This document shows positions 34,885 through 43,593 of a stretch of 64,000 bases of DNA, piece after piece (position 1 is the stretch's first letter; every line of letters begins with the position of its first letter). The DNA lies in IMG/VR virus record IMGVR_UViG_3300025875_000014, positions 3,840-67,839 of that record; one strand, 5' to 3'. The stretch comes from a virus. Lineage: Duplodnaviria; Caudoviricetes. The translations under genes were made by a program, and so were the position numbers. The notes under the pieces were generated by a model. It was given only the letters and a program-made list of their open reading frames with translations, searched no databases and had not been told where the DNA came from.

Positions 34885-36483
34885 GTGATCGACACGACGG
34901 TCCCCTATTCGGACGGCTGGTGGCTTCAGCGTCTGTCTAACCAGCTCCGTGAGCAGGCGGTCCACTGCGAGGAGTTGCAGCAGCGGTATGAGGGCAACTC
35001 TCCGCTTCCGTTCGTGTCGTCGCTTCAACAGGCTGCGGTCCGTTGGTTTGTGGAGAAGTCCCGGACGAACTTCGAGCGGCTGATCGTCTCGTCGGTGCTG
35101 TCGCGGCTGCGGATCAGCGGCCTGCGTACCTCTGTCGACAACGACGAAGGCGGCGACGCTGAGGCGTTCGACCAGTGGAAGCGCGCTCGCATGAAGCTTG
35201 TGACGTTGGACGCGCACAAGATGATGCTGGCGATGTCCCGCTCGTACATCGTGGTCGGCAAGGACTCTGGCGGACGCCCTCTGGCTACCGCCGAGGATCC
35301 GCGTTTCGTCACTGCGATCACCGACCCGGCCGACCCGTACCATGTCCTGGCTGCGCTCAAGTTGTGCCACGACGACGTGAACGACCGTGACGAGGCCTAC
35401 CTATACCTCCCGGGCCGTGTGGCCGTTGCGACGCGCGACAGGAAGTCGACAGGTCTGCGTAACTCGGTGGGCTTCTCAGCCGTCTCGTTCGCGTGGGACG
35501 AGGAGCGGTCGGTCGACATCCCGGAGCTTCAAGCGAAGGGCGCGACCGAGGACCTGCCGGCACTTCCTGCGCTGGCGCCGATCGCTCCGTTCTTCAACGA
35601 GGACGGCATGGCTGAGTTCGAGCCGTTCTTGAACGTGATCGACCGGATCAACCAGCAGATCTTGCAGCGGATGACGATTGCTACGGTTCAGGCGTTCAAG
35701 CAGCGGGCTTTCAAGGGCCTGCCGACTTCCGATCCGAAGACTGGCGCGAAGATCGACTGGAATGACATCCTTGTCGCTGACCCCGGCTCGGTGTGGAACA
35801 TTCCCGCGTCGATTGAAATTTGGGAGTCCGGGCAGGTCGACTTCTCGGGGATCTTGCTGGCGATCCGCGACGACGTGAAGGATCTGGCCGCGACTTCCGG
35901 TACGCCGCTGTACTCGGTGACGCCTGACGTTGCCAACGGATCGGCTGAGGGCGCGTCGTTGCAGCGCGAGATGAACGTGTTCAAGGTCGAGTCGCGCATG
36001 GACCGCACTGAGCCGTCGCACGAACTCGCCAGCGAACTCCTGTTCCGCATGGCTGGCGATGAGAGGCGCGCCGACCCCGGGGCTGTGCAGATCATCTGGG
36101 CTCCCGTTCAGCGGTACTCGCTCGCCGAGCGGGCATCGGCTATCTCGCTCACCAAGGGCGTTATCCCCCGCTACCAGCAGCTCACCGAGATCTGGGGCAT
36201 GGACCCGTCGCAGGCGGATCGTGCGATGTCCGAGCTGACCGACGATATGGTGTTTGCCCAGCAGATGAACAGTTCAGACCCGACTGTTCCTATTGCTGCC
36301 GACCCGAGCGCATCGCCGCCTGCAACCCTTACGCAGAAGGCGACTGCGTTTGGCGTGCTCATCAGATCTGGTGTAACGCCGGAGTCGGCAGCCGCGCAGA
36401 CAGAACTGTCTGGCGTGAAGATGATTCCGGACTTTGTCCCGGTCACGATCAAGGACGCGACCCCTGAGCCTCGGGTCAACTAG
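34885..36483 (+). CDS. portal protein (SPP1 gp6-like)
   Basis: size, position, NF..LIV and QAFKQRA motifs. Confidence 0.9.
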   Translation: MIDTTVPYSDGWWLQRLSNQLREQAVHCEELQQRYEGNSPLPFVSSLQQAAVRWFVEKSRTNFERLIVSSVLSRLRISGLRTSVDNDEGGDAEAFDQWKRARMKLVTLDAHKMMLAMSRSYIVVGKDSGGRPLATAEDPRFVTAITDPADPYHVLAALKLCHDDVNDRDEAYLYLPGRVAVATRDRKSTGLRNSVGFSAVSFAWDEERSVDIPELQAKGATEDLPALPALAPIAPFFNEDGMAEFEPFLNVIDRINQQILQRMTIATVQAFKQRAFKGLPTSDPKTGAKIDWNDILVADPGSVWNIPASIEIWESGQVDFSGILLAIRDDVKDLAATSGTPLYSVTPDVANGSAEGASLQREMNVFKVESRMDRTEPSHELASELLFRMAGDERRADPGAVQIIWAPVQRYSLAERASAISLTKGVIPRYQQLTEIWGMDPSQADRAMSELTDDMVFAQQMNSSDPTVPIAADPSASPPATLTQKATAFGVLIRSGVTPESAAAQTELSGVKMIPDFVPVTIKDATPEPRVN

Positions 36484-37499
36484 TGGACGATGACCGGCTC
36501 GAGGAACTGGCTCGGGCGGTGCAGGTCCAGGAGGCTGCCCGCACATCCGCCGAGCAGCAGATCAATGCCCTCGTGCTGGCGGCGGTCCGCGACTTCTCCG
36601 ACTGGTACGGCACTTCGGCGATCACGTCTTGGGCGCGGGCGCTGGTCAGGCGTGTGCAGCCCGTGCAGCGTTCCCTGGCGCGCTCAACGGACGCGTACCT
36701 GGCGTCGGTGGCCTCTGTCACCACAGGCCGCAGGGTCCGCCCTGTGGGGTCTGTGGATGTGTCTACGCTCCGCTCGGGCGTCACTCACGAGGGTGCTTAC
36801 GGGCGCGTCGCTGAGTCGTACCGCTATCAGGAGTACGCACTTCAGCGGTCGTCGTCTCCAGCCGACTTGGCGACTCCAGACGAAGCCGCTACTAAGCGCG
36901 CGCTTGATGTCGCTGGAACTGATGCGATGTTGGTGCCTCGGGCCCAGTCGCAGAAGTTCATGACGCGGTCGCCAAGGATCACAGGCTATCGGCGGATCAT
37001 CCACCCGGAACTGTCGAAGACGGGAACTTGCGGTCTGTGTGTGGCTGCGTCTGATCGTCTCTACGGTCCGACCGAGTTGATGCCGATTCATCCGCCTACT
37101 TGTCACTGTGTGCCGCTACCGGTGTATGACGGCAAGGACCCGGGAAGCATCCTCAACAAGCGCGACCTGGACCGTCTTTACCGTGATGCCGGTGACTCGA
37201 CTTCCGGCGATGCGCTGCGACGTACTCGATACCAGGTCAACGACAACGGCGAACTCGGACCGGTTCTGGCTGAGAAGGGCTATAAGGACCCTCAGTCCGG
37301 GCGTCGAGAGCGTAAGCAGCCGATTGGCTCTACGCCGGTCGAGTTGACGCCAGAGCGGGCTCAAGTAGTCCTGGAAGGTCAGAGGAAGGCCCTGGCGAAA
37401 GCCCAGGAGCTTGCCGACGCCGATCCGCAGAAGTGGGGCCAGTACCTGTCTCAGGTGCAGGCACGCATCGCCGATCTTGAGAAGACCGCTGATTCCTGA
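36483..37499 (+). CDS. capsid maturation / MuF-like protein
   Basis: GYRRII...CGLC...IHP..CHC. Confidence 0.75.
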   Translation: MDDDRLEELARAVQVQEAARTSAEQQINALVLAAVRDFSDWYGTSAITSWARALVRRVQPVQRSLARSTDAYLASVASVTTGRRVRPVGSVDVSTLRSGVTHEGAYGRVAESYRYQEYALQRSSSPADLATPDEAATKRALDVAGTDAMLVPRAQSQKFMTRSPRITGYRRIIHPELSKTGTCGLCVAASDRLYGPTELMPIHPPTCHCVPLPVYDGKDPGSILNKRDLDRLYRDAGDSTSGDALRRTRYQVNDNGELGPVLAEKGYKDPQSGRRERKQPIGSTPVELTPERAQVVLEGQRKALAKAQELADADPQKWGQYLSQVQARIADLEKTADS

Positions 37500-37589
37500 G
37501 CGGCACTCCCTTAGTTCACCCGCACGGCCTGGGTCATGGCCGGTTCCCGCCCACGGTGCGCGTTCAAGCGCCGGTCGAAAGAAGGCACC

Positions 37590-38228
37590 ATGCACAAGCG
37601 CAAGATCACCAGCCTGATCGTCAAGACCGCCGATGGCGAGCCTGATGCTGGCGGTAGTGGTGAGCCCGATCCCGACGCCCCAAAGGGCGGAGATCCCGGC
37701 AAGGGTTCTGAGTGGACTCCTCCTTCCTCGCAGGAGGAATTCGACAAGATCATCACGGCTCGGGTGGCGCGTGCGACCAAGCCGTACAAGGGACTCGACA
37801 TCGACGACCTGAAGGCCAGGGCAGCCCGCGCGGATGCCTTGGATAACGAGTTGGCGTCGGAGACCGAGAAGGCCGTAAGGGCTGCCCGCGAGGAAGAGAA
37901 GAAGTCGGCGCGCAGCGCCTACGCACCCCGTCTGGTCCAGACCGAGTTCCGGGCGCAGGCCAAGGGTGTGCTGTCAGCCGACCAGCTCGATGCGCTACTC
38001 GAAGACCTTGACCTGTCCAAGTACCTGACGGACAACGACGAGGTTGATGTGGAGCGCATCGAGAAGAAGGTCACCGCTTTCGCCCCCCCGCCCAAGGAAG
38101 AGGCTCCGCCGCCGCGCGGAACCGACTTCGGTCAGGGCCGTCGTGCCGCACCCGCCCCCAAGGGTGTTGACGCCGGTCAGGCGCGGTACGAGGCGACGCG
38201 GAAGAAAAGCACACCTCCTCAGCGATAG
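37590..38228 (+). CDS. capsid scaffolding protein
   Basis: SQEEFDKII..RVAR, SETEKA, coiled coil, DFGQG C-terminus. Confidence 0.85.
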   Translation: MHKRKITSLIVKTADGEPDAGGSGEPDPDAPKGGDPGKGSEWTPPSSQEEFDKIITARVARATKPYKGLDIDDLKARAARADALDNELASETEKAVRAAREEEKKSARSAYAPRLVQTEFRAQAKGVLSADQLDALLEDLDLSKYLTDNDEVDVERIEKKVTAFAPPPKEEAPPPRGTDFGQGRRAAPAPKGVDAGQARYEATRKKSTPPQR

Positions 38229-38251
38229 CTGACCCTTAGAAGGAGCACCAA

Positions 38252-38647
38252 ATGGACCTCAGCGTCCGCACGGATTCTGTTGGGGCTGACGATCAGTCCT
38301 GGATGGGATCCCGGCACGGCACGAACAACGCTCGGACGGTGACGCTGGCGAAGGCCTCGTTTACCCCCGCAACTCACTACCCGCAGGGCTTTGTGCGCTC
38401 GGGTACTCCGCTGGCGAAGTACACCAGCGGTGGTAACACGGGCCTGTACGGGCCTTACACGCCGGGGGCTACGGATGGTTCGCAGACCTTCGTCGGTCAC
38501 CTTCTGACCCCGGTTTCGGTCACGTCGGGGACCGGCAACATCGTTGCCGCTCTGATGGACCACGGTCGTATCGTCGAGGCTCGCCTCCCGATCGCGATCG
38601 ACACCGCCGCCAAGACTGCGGCCGCCGGCCGTCTGATCTACGTCTGA
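38252..38647 (+). CDS. head decoration protein
   Basis: SGTPL...GLYGPY...DG...VGHL; between scaffold and MCP. Confidence 0.8.
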   Translation: MDLSVRTDSVGADDQSWMGSRHGTNNARTVTLAKASFTPATHYPQGFVRSGTPLAKYTSGGNTGLYGPYTPGATDGSQTFVGHLLTPVSVTSGTGNIVAALMDHGRIVEARLPIAIDTAAKTAAAGRLIYV

Positions 38648-38664
38648 GAAGGGAGGACTGACCA

Positions 38665-39705
38665 ATGGCACTCTGGACTGACATCGTCGACCCCGCAACC
38701 CTCACCGGGTTTGTCCGGGCTGATCTCGCCGACTATGAGGCGAACCGCAACACCCTGGCCGCGTTCCTTCCGAACCGGCAGATCAACGACATCATCGTCA
38801 GGTTCTCGTCGGGTGGCGCTGGCCTCACCGATGTGGCGATGTACCGCTCGTACGATGCGGAGACGCGGATCCAGTCGGGTCCTGCTGCTCAGCGTCAGAC
38901 CGTCGAGCTTCCGCCGCTCGGTTCCAAGACCCGCGTGTCGGAGTACGACCGTCTCCGTTCGATCGGGGCTGACTCGCCGGAGGCGGTTCTGACGTCGATC
39001 GAGCGCGTTGCTGTGCAGCGTGCTCGTGCGGTCGCTGACCGTGTCGAGGTCGCTCGCGGGGCTGCTCTTGTCAGCGGCACCGTGTCGATCAACGAGAACG
39101 AGTTCGTCGCTACCGCTGACTTCGGTCGCGCTGCCGGTCACACTGTGACCGCTGGCACGCTTTGGTCTGCTGGTTCTCCGACTCCGCTGTCTGACCTGGC
39201 TGCGTGGACGCAGACCTACATCGACGCGAACGGGCAGGCTCCGGGCGCGATCCTCATGTCCACTGCGGGCATCACTGCGCTTCAGCGGACTGCGGACTTC
39301 CGCACGTCGGCTGTCCAGCTCGGTGGGACGCTCCCCGGCCTCATCTCGGTCGATGGCGTCAACGGTGTCCTCTCCGGCTTCGGCCTCCCGCCGATCGTCC
39401 GCTACGACCGGACTGTGCGGGTTGCTGGTTCCACGCAGCGGGTGATCCCCGCGAACCGTGTGATCCTGCTTCCGGCTCAGGTCGGTATCGATGACGCTGA
39501 GGGCACTGACCTTGGTGGCACCGTGTGGGGCCGCACTCTGGAGGCTCAGGAGCCGAACTACAACCTGACGCCTTCTGACCAGCCCGGTCTGGTTGTCGGC
39601 GCCTACAAGGACGACGACCCGCTGTCCGTGTGGGTGCGTTCGGCTGCGATTGCGCTGCCGATCCTGAGCAACCCCAATCTCAGTTTCTGCGCGACGGTTC
39701 TTTGA
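38665..39705 (+). CDS. major capsid protein (gpE-like)
   Basis: 346 aa; LAAFLPN, RSYDAE, ELPPLG, AIALP; position. Confidence 0.9.
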   Translation: MALWTDIVDPATLTGFVRADLADYEANRNTLAAFLPNRQINDIIVRFSSGGAGLTDVAMYRSYDAETRIQSGPAAQRQTVELPPLGSKTRVSEYDRLRSIGADSPEAVLTSIERVAVQRARAVADRVEVARGAALVSGTVSINENEFVATADFGRAAGHTVTAGTLWSAGSPTPLSDLAAWTQTYIDANGQAPGAILMSTAGITALQRTADFRTSAVQLGGTLPGLISVDGVNGVLSGFGLPPIVRYDRTVRVAGSTQRVIPANRVILLPAQVGIDDAEGTDLGGTVWGRTLEAQEPNYNLTPSDQPGLVVGAYKDDDPLSVWVRSAAIALPILSNPNLSFCATVL

Positions 39706-40016
39706 TGAGTCGGCGGCTGGTCGCAAACGTCACGATGATGAGTGACGACGGCATGGTCGCCCACTTCCCCGTCGGCATGTCGGACTCGGACCTGCCGGAG
39801 TGGGCGGCTGCTCGCATCACCAACCCTGATGTTTGGGAGCAGCCGGTCGTGGATCTGCCGAGCGTCGTCGTGGAGGTGCCGCCGAAGTCAGGTGCTGGTT
39901 CCAGCGTCTCGGCTTGGGCGTCTTACGCCTCTACCAATGACGTTTCGGTGAAGCCTGACGCCAAGCGGGACGACGTCATCGCTGCCTGTGAGGCAGCCGG
40001 CGTTCCGACCGACTAG
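39705..40016 (+). CDS. hypothetical head-associated protein
   Basis: C-terminal W.SYA...KRDDVIAA helical motif. Confidence 0.65.
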   Translation: MSRRLVANVTMMSDDGMVAHFPVGMSDSDLPEWAAARITNPDVWEQPVVDLPSVVVEVPPKSGAGSSVSAWASYASTNDVSVKPDAKRDDVIAACEAAGVPTD

Positions 40017-40031
40017 GTATTTGGAGGGTTC

Positions 40032-40412
40032 GTGTCGTACATCCTGCCGTCTGACCTTGACTGGGTCGGATCAGCGAGTGACACCGGTTTGGTGGCGAAG
40101 CTGATCAGCAAGGCTGAGATCAGGCTGGCATCGATTGTCGGCGCGCGCGGCGGGGACCTTTTGGTCCTCGCCGCGGACCCCACCAAACTTCCTCTGATCC
40201 AAGATGTCCTCGAGAACGCTGTTGCTCGGGTCCTCCGCAATCCGGAGGGACTCAAGTCGGAGTCTGAGGGCGACTACTCGTACACGTTGAACGCTATGGA
40301 TGCGTCGGGCAACATTTGGTTTCCTGAGTCGGAGATCGACGCCATCTACTCGGTCGCGTCTTCCTACGGCTCGATTCGTCTGGGTATCACCGCTCCTGGC
40401 TGGACGCGATGA
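40032..40412 (+). CDS. head-to-tail adaptor
   Basis: VARVLRNPEGLKSESEGDYSY. Confidence 0.85.
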   Translation: MSYILPSDLDWVGSASDTGLVAKLISKAEIRLASIVGARGGDLLVLAADPTKLPLIQDVLENAVARVLRNPEGLKSESEGDYSYTLNAMDASGNIWFPESEIDAIYSVASSYGSIRLGITAPGWTR

Positions 40413-40744
40413 GTCTGCTGGACCGGGCCCGTCATTGGGTGTTGGTCGAGTCGGCGGTGTCGGGTGTCGGCGAGTACGGCGAGGACACGGTTACCTACGG
40501 TCCTGCCGTGTCGGTGGCGTGTGCTGTGCAGCCGGTTCGTGCGGAGGAGGCTAACGGTCTCGGCGTTCAGGCGGACACGGCCTACAAGGTCATCGCCCGC
40601 GATTGGCCAGGTGGGATCCATTCGCGTGTGACGTGGCTGGGTCGCACGTGGTTTCAGCATGGCGAGACTCTGCGCCACTCGATGAGTGCGCGCACTCAGC
40701 ACGACGTGGCGATCATCGAAGCGGCTAGTGCGGGGGTGCGGTGA
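40409..40744 (+). CDS. head-to-tail stopper
   Basis: GEYGE...CAVQP; position. Confidence 0.8.
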   Translation: MSLLDRARHWVLVESAVSGVGEYGEDTVTYGPAVSVACAVQPVRAEEANGLGVQADTAYKVIARDWPGGIHSRVTWLGRTWFQHGETLRHSMSARTQHDVAIIEAASAGVR

Positions 40745-41052
40745 TGGCGCAGGTTTACAAGAGCGTCGGCGTCGAGGCTGCTCGCATCGCTGGCCGCTCC
40801 CCAGAGATGGACGCTGCGGCTGAGAGGGTCGCGAACGCGGCTCGCGCCCTGGCGGCGGGCCACAACATCACGGGCGAGTACCTGAACGGTATCGGTACCA
40901 GCGAGATTCGTGGCAAGCGTGGCGTCACTGACCGCATCGCCTTTGTTGACGCCGAGGCTGCCGCTAGCCGCGAGTTCGGTCACCGGACGCGCGACGGCAA
41001 GGGCTACGTCGAGGGCCTCCACATCTTCGGCCGTGCGGCTGGCGTCCGCTGA
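40744..41052 (+). CDS. neck protein
   Basis: AASREFGH...VEGLHIFGRA; position. Confidence 0.7.
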   Translation: MAQVYKSVGVEAARIAGRSPEMDAAAERVANAARALAAGHNITGEYLNGIGTSEIRGKRGVTDRIAFVDAEAAASREFGHRTRDGKGYVEGLHIFGRAAGVR

Positions 41053-41471
41053 TGGCGTTCGCCTATCTGCCGCGCAAGACGGTCGACTTCGAGCTGCTGA
41101 TGTCGAGCCTGCTCGCCTACGACGGCTTGACGGTGAAGCCGTACATCGACGTCACCGGCTACGACGCCCTGCCGCTGCTTGCGTTCCGTGGACTTAACGG
41201 TGTCGGTGTCGGCAATGTCGCTGCTGCCGCTGGCCTTGGTTCATCATGGGACCTGGTCCTGACGCTGTGGACAAAGGGCATGGACGGTCGCCTGTGCGAC
41301 ACCGTCTACCAGCACGTTCACGGCCTCGAGGGCTTCGGCATCGAGAGCGTGGGTGTCGTGGTGAGCGTCGAAGACGTTGCCATGTTCGACCGCGTTGCTG
41401 GGGTGGTCCTGCCCGACAAACAGGTCATTCAGTACGACGCGACTTTCTCCGTGACGGTTGAGCCCGTCTAA
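41052..41471 (+). CDS. tail terminator
   Basis: position before MTP; size. Confidence 0.7.
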   Translation: MAFAYLPRKTVDFELLMSSLLAYDGLTVKPYIDVTGYDALPLLAFRGLNGVGVGNVAAAAGLGSSWDLVLTLWTKGMDGRLCDTVYQHVHGLEGFGIESVGVVVSVEDVAMFDRVAGVVLPDKQVIQYDATFSVTVEPV

Positions 41472-41536
41472 CTCCTGCTCTGCCACCCTCTTAACGCCCT
41501 CGGGCGTCCTTCAACCGACCCCGGAGGTCATTCGTT

Positions 41537-42157
41537 ATGCCTGCTGCTGACCCGTCCAAGCTGATCATCCCGTCGCGTGGCCTCGTGTACAAGGGCGATG
41601 TCGACGCGACTCCGCCCGCTGCTTCCACGCTGGCGACGCTGTCTGACACGACTGTGCCTTCGGGCTCGGGTAACTGGGTGTGCCTTGGGCACACGTCGCG
41701 CGAGAACCTTCCTGCGTACAGCAAGGACGGCGGTGACGTGAACACGTTCGGATCGTGGTTCAACGACGCGATCGACTCGACGACCGACCCGATCACGTGG
41801 TCGCTGACGATCAATGCCCTGCAGTCGGATGCGACGACTCTCGGGCTCGCATTCGGTGGCGGCGTGCTGAACGCTGAGGATGGCACGTTCGATATCGGCA
41901 CCGTCTCGCAGACGCCGTGCTCGCTGCTGATCCTGATGATTGGCGGCGTGAAGCGTCGGGCGCTGTACCACCCGAACACACTGACGAGCATTGGCGACGC
42001 TCCCGAGATCGCCGTGGACTCGTACTTCGAGATCCAGCTTCAGGCGTCGCTGCTCAACTCGGGCGGCACGACGGCCGGTTCGACTGCTGCCGCTCCGGCT
42101 GGTTGGGCTGGGAAGTTTTGGCGGATCATCGACCCGGCTCTCGTCGTTGCGCCGTGA
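41537..42157 (+). CDS. major tail protein
   Basis: GGAGG RBS; W..LGHTSRE, GSW, ALQ motifs. Confidence 0.85.
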   Translation: MPAADPSKLIIPSRGLVYKGDVDATPPAASTLATLSDTTVPSGSGNWVCLGHTSRENLPAYSKDGGDVNTFGSWFNDAIDSTTDPITWSLTINALQSDATTLGLAFGGGVLNAEDGTFDIGTVSQTPCSLLILMIGGVKRRALYHPNTLTSIGDAPEIAVDSYFEIQLQASLLNSGGTTAGSTAAAPAGWAGKFWRIIDPALVVAP

Positions 42158-42420
42158 GCGTCTCCCAGCAGCTCGTTGCGACGTGCGATCACCTTCAGTG
42201 TGAGAACACGGTGTCGCGTGATGGTGGTGCGCCGAATGACACGGACCTGCTGTCGTGGCTGGATTCTGTGGGTTGGATTCAGTTCAAGACAAAGCAGCAG
42301 CAGACGGTGACGGGAACGTTCACGTTTTGTGCTGCGCACCTGATCGACCTTCGCGGGTTCTTCGGGAACTCGCTCGACGCTTCTGTCGGGCTCACTCTGG
42401 TCCTAGCCAAGATCGGCTGA
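42154..42420 (+). CDS. hypothetical protein
   Basis: GTGA-coupled; CD...C and FCAAH. Confidence 0.6.
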   Translation: MSVSQQLVATCDHLQCENTVSRDGGAPNDTDLLSWLDSVGWIQFKTKQQQTVTGTFTFCAAHLIDLRGFFGNSLDASVGLTLVLAKIG

Positions 42421-42431
42421 CCTTTCCTACG

Positions 42432-42482
42432 CAGCGCCGGTCCGCTCTTGGCAGGGCACGGGCCGGCGCTGTGCCCTGCCAA
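42432..42482 (+). promoter_or_regulatory. overlapping alternative hairpins
   Basis: 42432-43 pairs with 42460-71; 42448-59 pairs perfectly with 42471-82. Confidence 0.55.
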
Positions 42483-42510
42483 AGTCCCTGCTGCCAGTTA
42501 GGATACGAAA

Positions 42511-42846
42511 ATGACCCTGCCTAGTTGTTCTCACCCCGGCTGCTTGCTTGAAGCGTTCGAGGGCGCGTCGTCCGACCTCGTTTACATCACCGAGGCCAAC
42601 ACGATCACCGCCTACGACCTACAGCCTCCGCGCGACCGGATCACCTTGTACTTTTGCTACCACCATTGGGCTTGCGTAGTGAAGATCTTTGGACACATGC
42701 TCAGCCCCGCGATCACCCTGCGCGATATTGGCTGGCCTGGTGACGATCGTGACTACTTTCCTGAGGCTTGCCGAAGTGCAGACCACGAGCCGAAGGGTCG
42801 TCACTGGTGGATCTGGTTTCGCCGTCAGGAAGAGGTGGCGGCATGA
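42511..42846 (+). CDS. Cys/His-rich hypothetical protein inserted in the tail operon
   Basis: AGGA RBS; CSHPGC, FCYHHW. Confidence 0.55.
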   Translation: MTLPSCSHPGCLLEAFEGASSDLVYITEANTITAYDLQPPRDRITLYFCYHHWACVVKIFGHMLSPAITLRDIGWPGDDRDYFPEACRSADHEPKGRHWWIWFRRQEEVAA

Positions 42847-43202
42847 CAGAACGCAAAATGCCTCAGGATCGGCAGCAAAAGAAGACCGCCGATGAGAAGC
42901 CTGAGGGTTGGGAACTGCTGAAGCCGCCTGGCGATGTGCCGGGTTGGGATCAGGCCGAGTTCCTGGCCGTGATCGAGCCGCTGACGAAGTCGGCGAACGC
43001 GCAGGGTGAGGTTACCTTTTCTGCTGACGTTCTCCGTGTGGTGGCCGAGGTGGGCATCCTCACCTATGAACGCTTCGCCAAGGATCCTGCTGCCTTCCAG
43101 AAACTGACCACGGGTGGCATGTCGGGTCTGACGAAGATGATCGAACTCTGCTTCTGGTATGCCGACCTGCTGGGAAAAGCCGAAGGCTCCGCGACTTCTT
43201 GA
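42843..43202 (+). CDS. tail assembly chaperone (gpG-like)
   Basis: precedes TMP; ends with slippery site. Confidence 0.8.
   Translation: MTERKMPQDRQQKKTADEKPEGWELLKPPGDVPGWDQAEFLAVIEPLTKSANAQGEVTFSADVLRVVAEVGILTYERFAKDPAAFQKLTTGGMSGLTKMIELCFWYADLLGKAEGSATS
43172..43178 (+). other. -1 programmed frameshift site GGGAAAA giving gpGT-like product (42843-43579)
   Basis: CTG GGA AAA; the -1 frame reads SRRLRDFLTEHPDVTFDLW into ORF 43199-43579. Confidence 0.85.
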
Positions 43203-43579
43203 CGGAGCATCCCGACGTCACATTCGACCTGTGGGACCTGTTTCACTTCGACGTCGAGGAAGTCTTCGCCGGTCGTAGGGCCGTTGAGTGGGCGTACGGG
43301 CTGATTGAGCGGCTCCTTGACGAGCCGTGGTCGCGGTATCGGGCGAGGCTGTTGGGCGGCGACAAGTGGCGTGAGCACCTCGGGTGGACGCCTGACACGT
43401 ACACCGCGGTTTTGCTGGTCGACGCGCTGCAAGTGAACACGTCGGTGACGGCTTACCACGGCTCCGGGAAGAAGCCGAAGCTACCGCAGCCCGTGCCGCG
43501 TCCGCTGTTGCAGGACGTGGATCCGGAGCAGTTGAGCGACGAAGATCTGGCCGCGTTGGCCCGAGAACTTGACATGTGA
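43199..43579 (+). CDS. tail assembly chaperone, frameshifted C-terminal part
   Basis: GWTPDTY...KPKLPQPVPRP; position. Confidence 0.8.
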   Translation: MTEHPDVTFDLWDLFHFDVEEVFAGRRAVEWAYGLIERLLDEPWSRYRARLLGGDKWREHLGWTPDTYTAVLLVDALQVNTSVTAYHGSGKKPKLPQPVPRPLLQDVDPEQLSDEDLAALARELDM

Positions 43580-43593
43580 GAGGCGGGTGAACT

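Noticed and set aside
42432-42482. H-type pseudoknot
   Set aside because: Zero-length loop 3 cannot span a 12-bp stem; reinterpreted as alternative hairpins.
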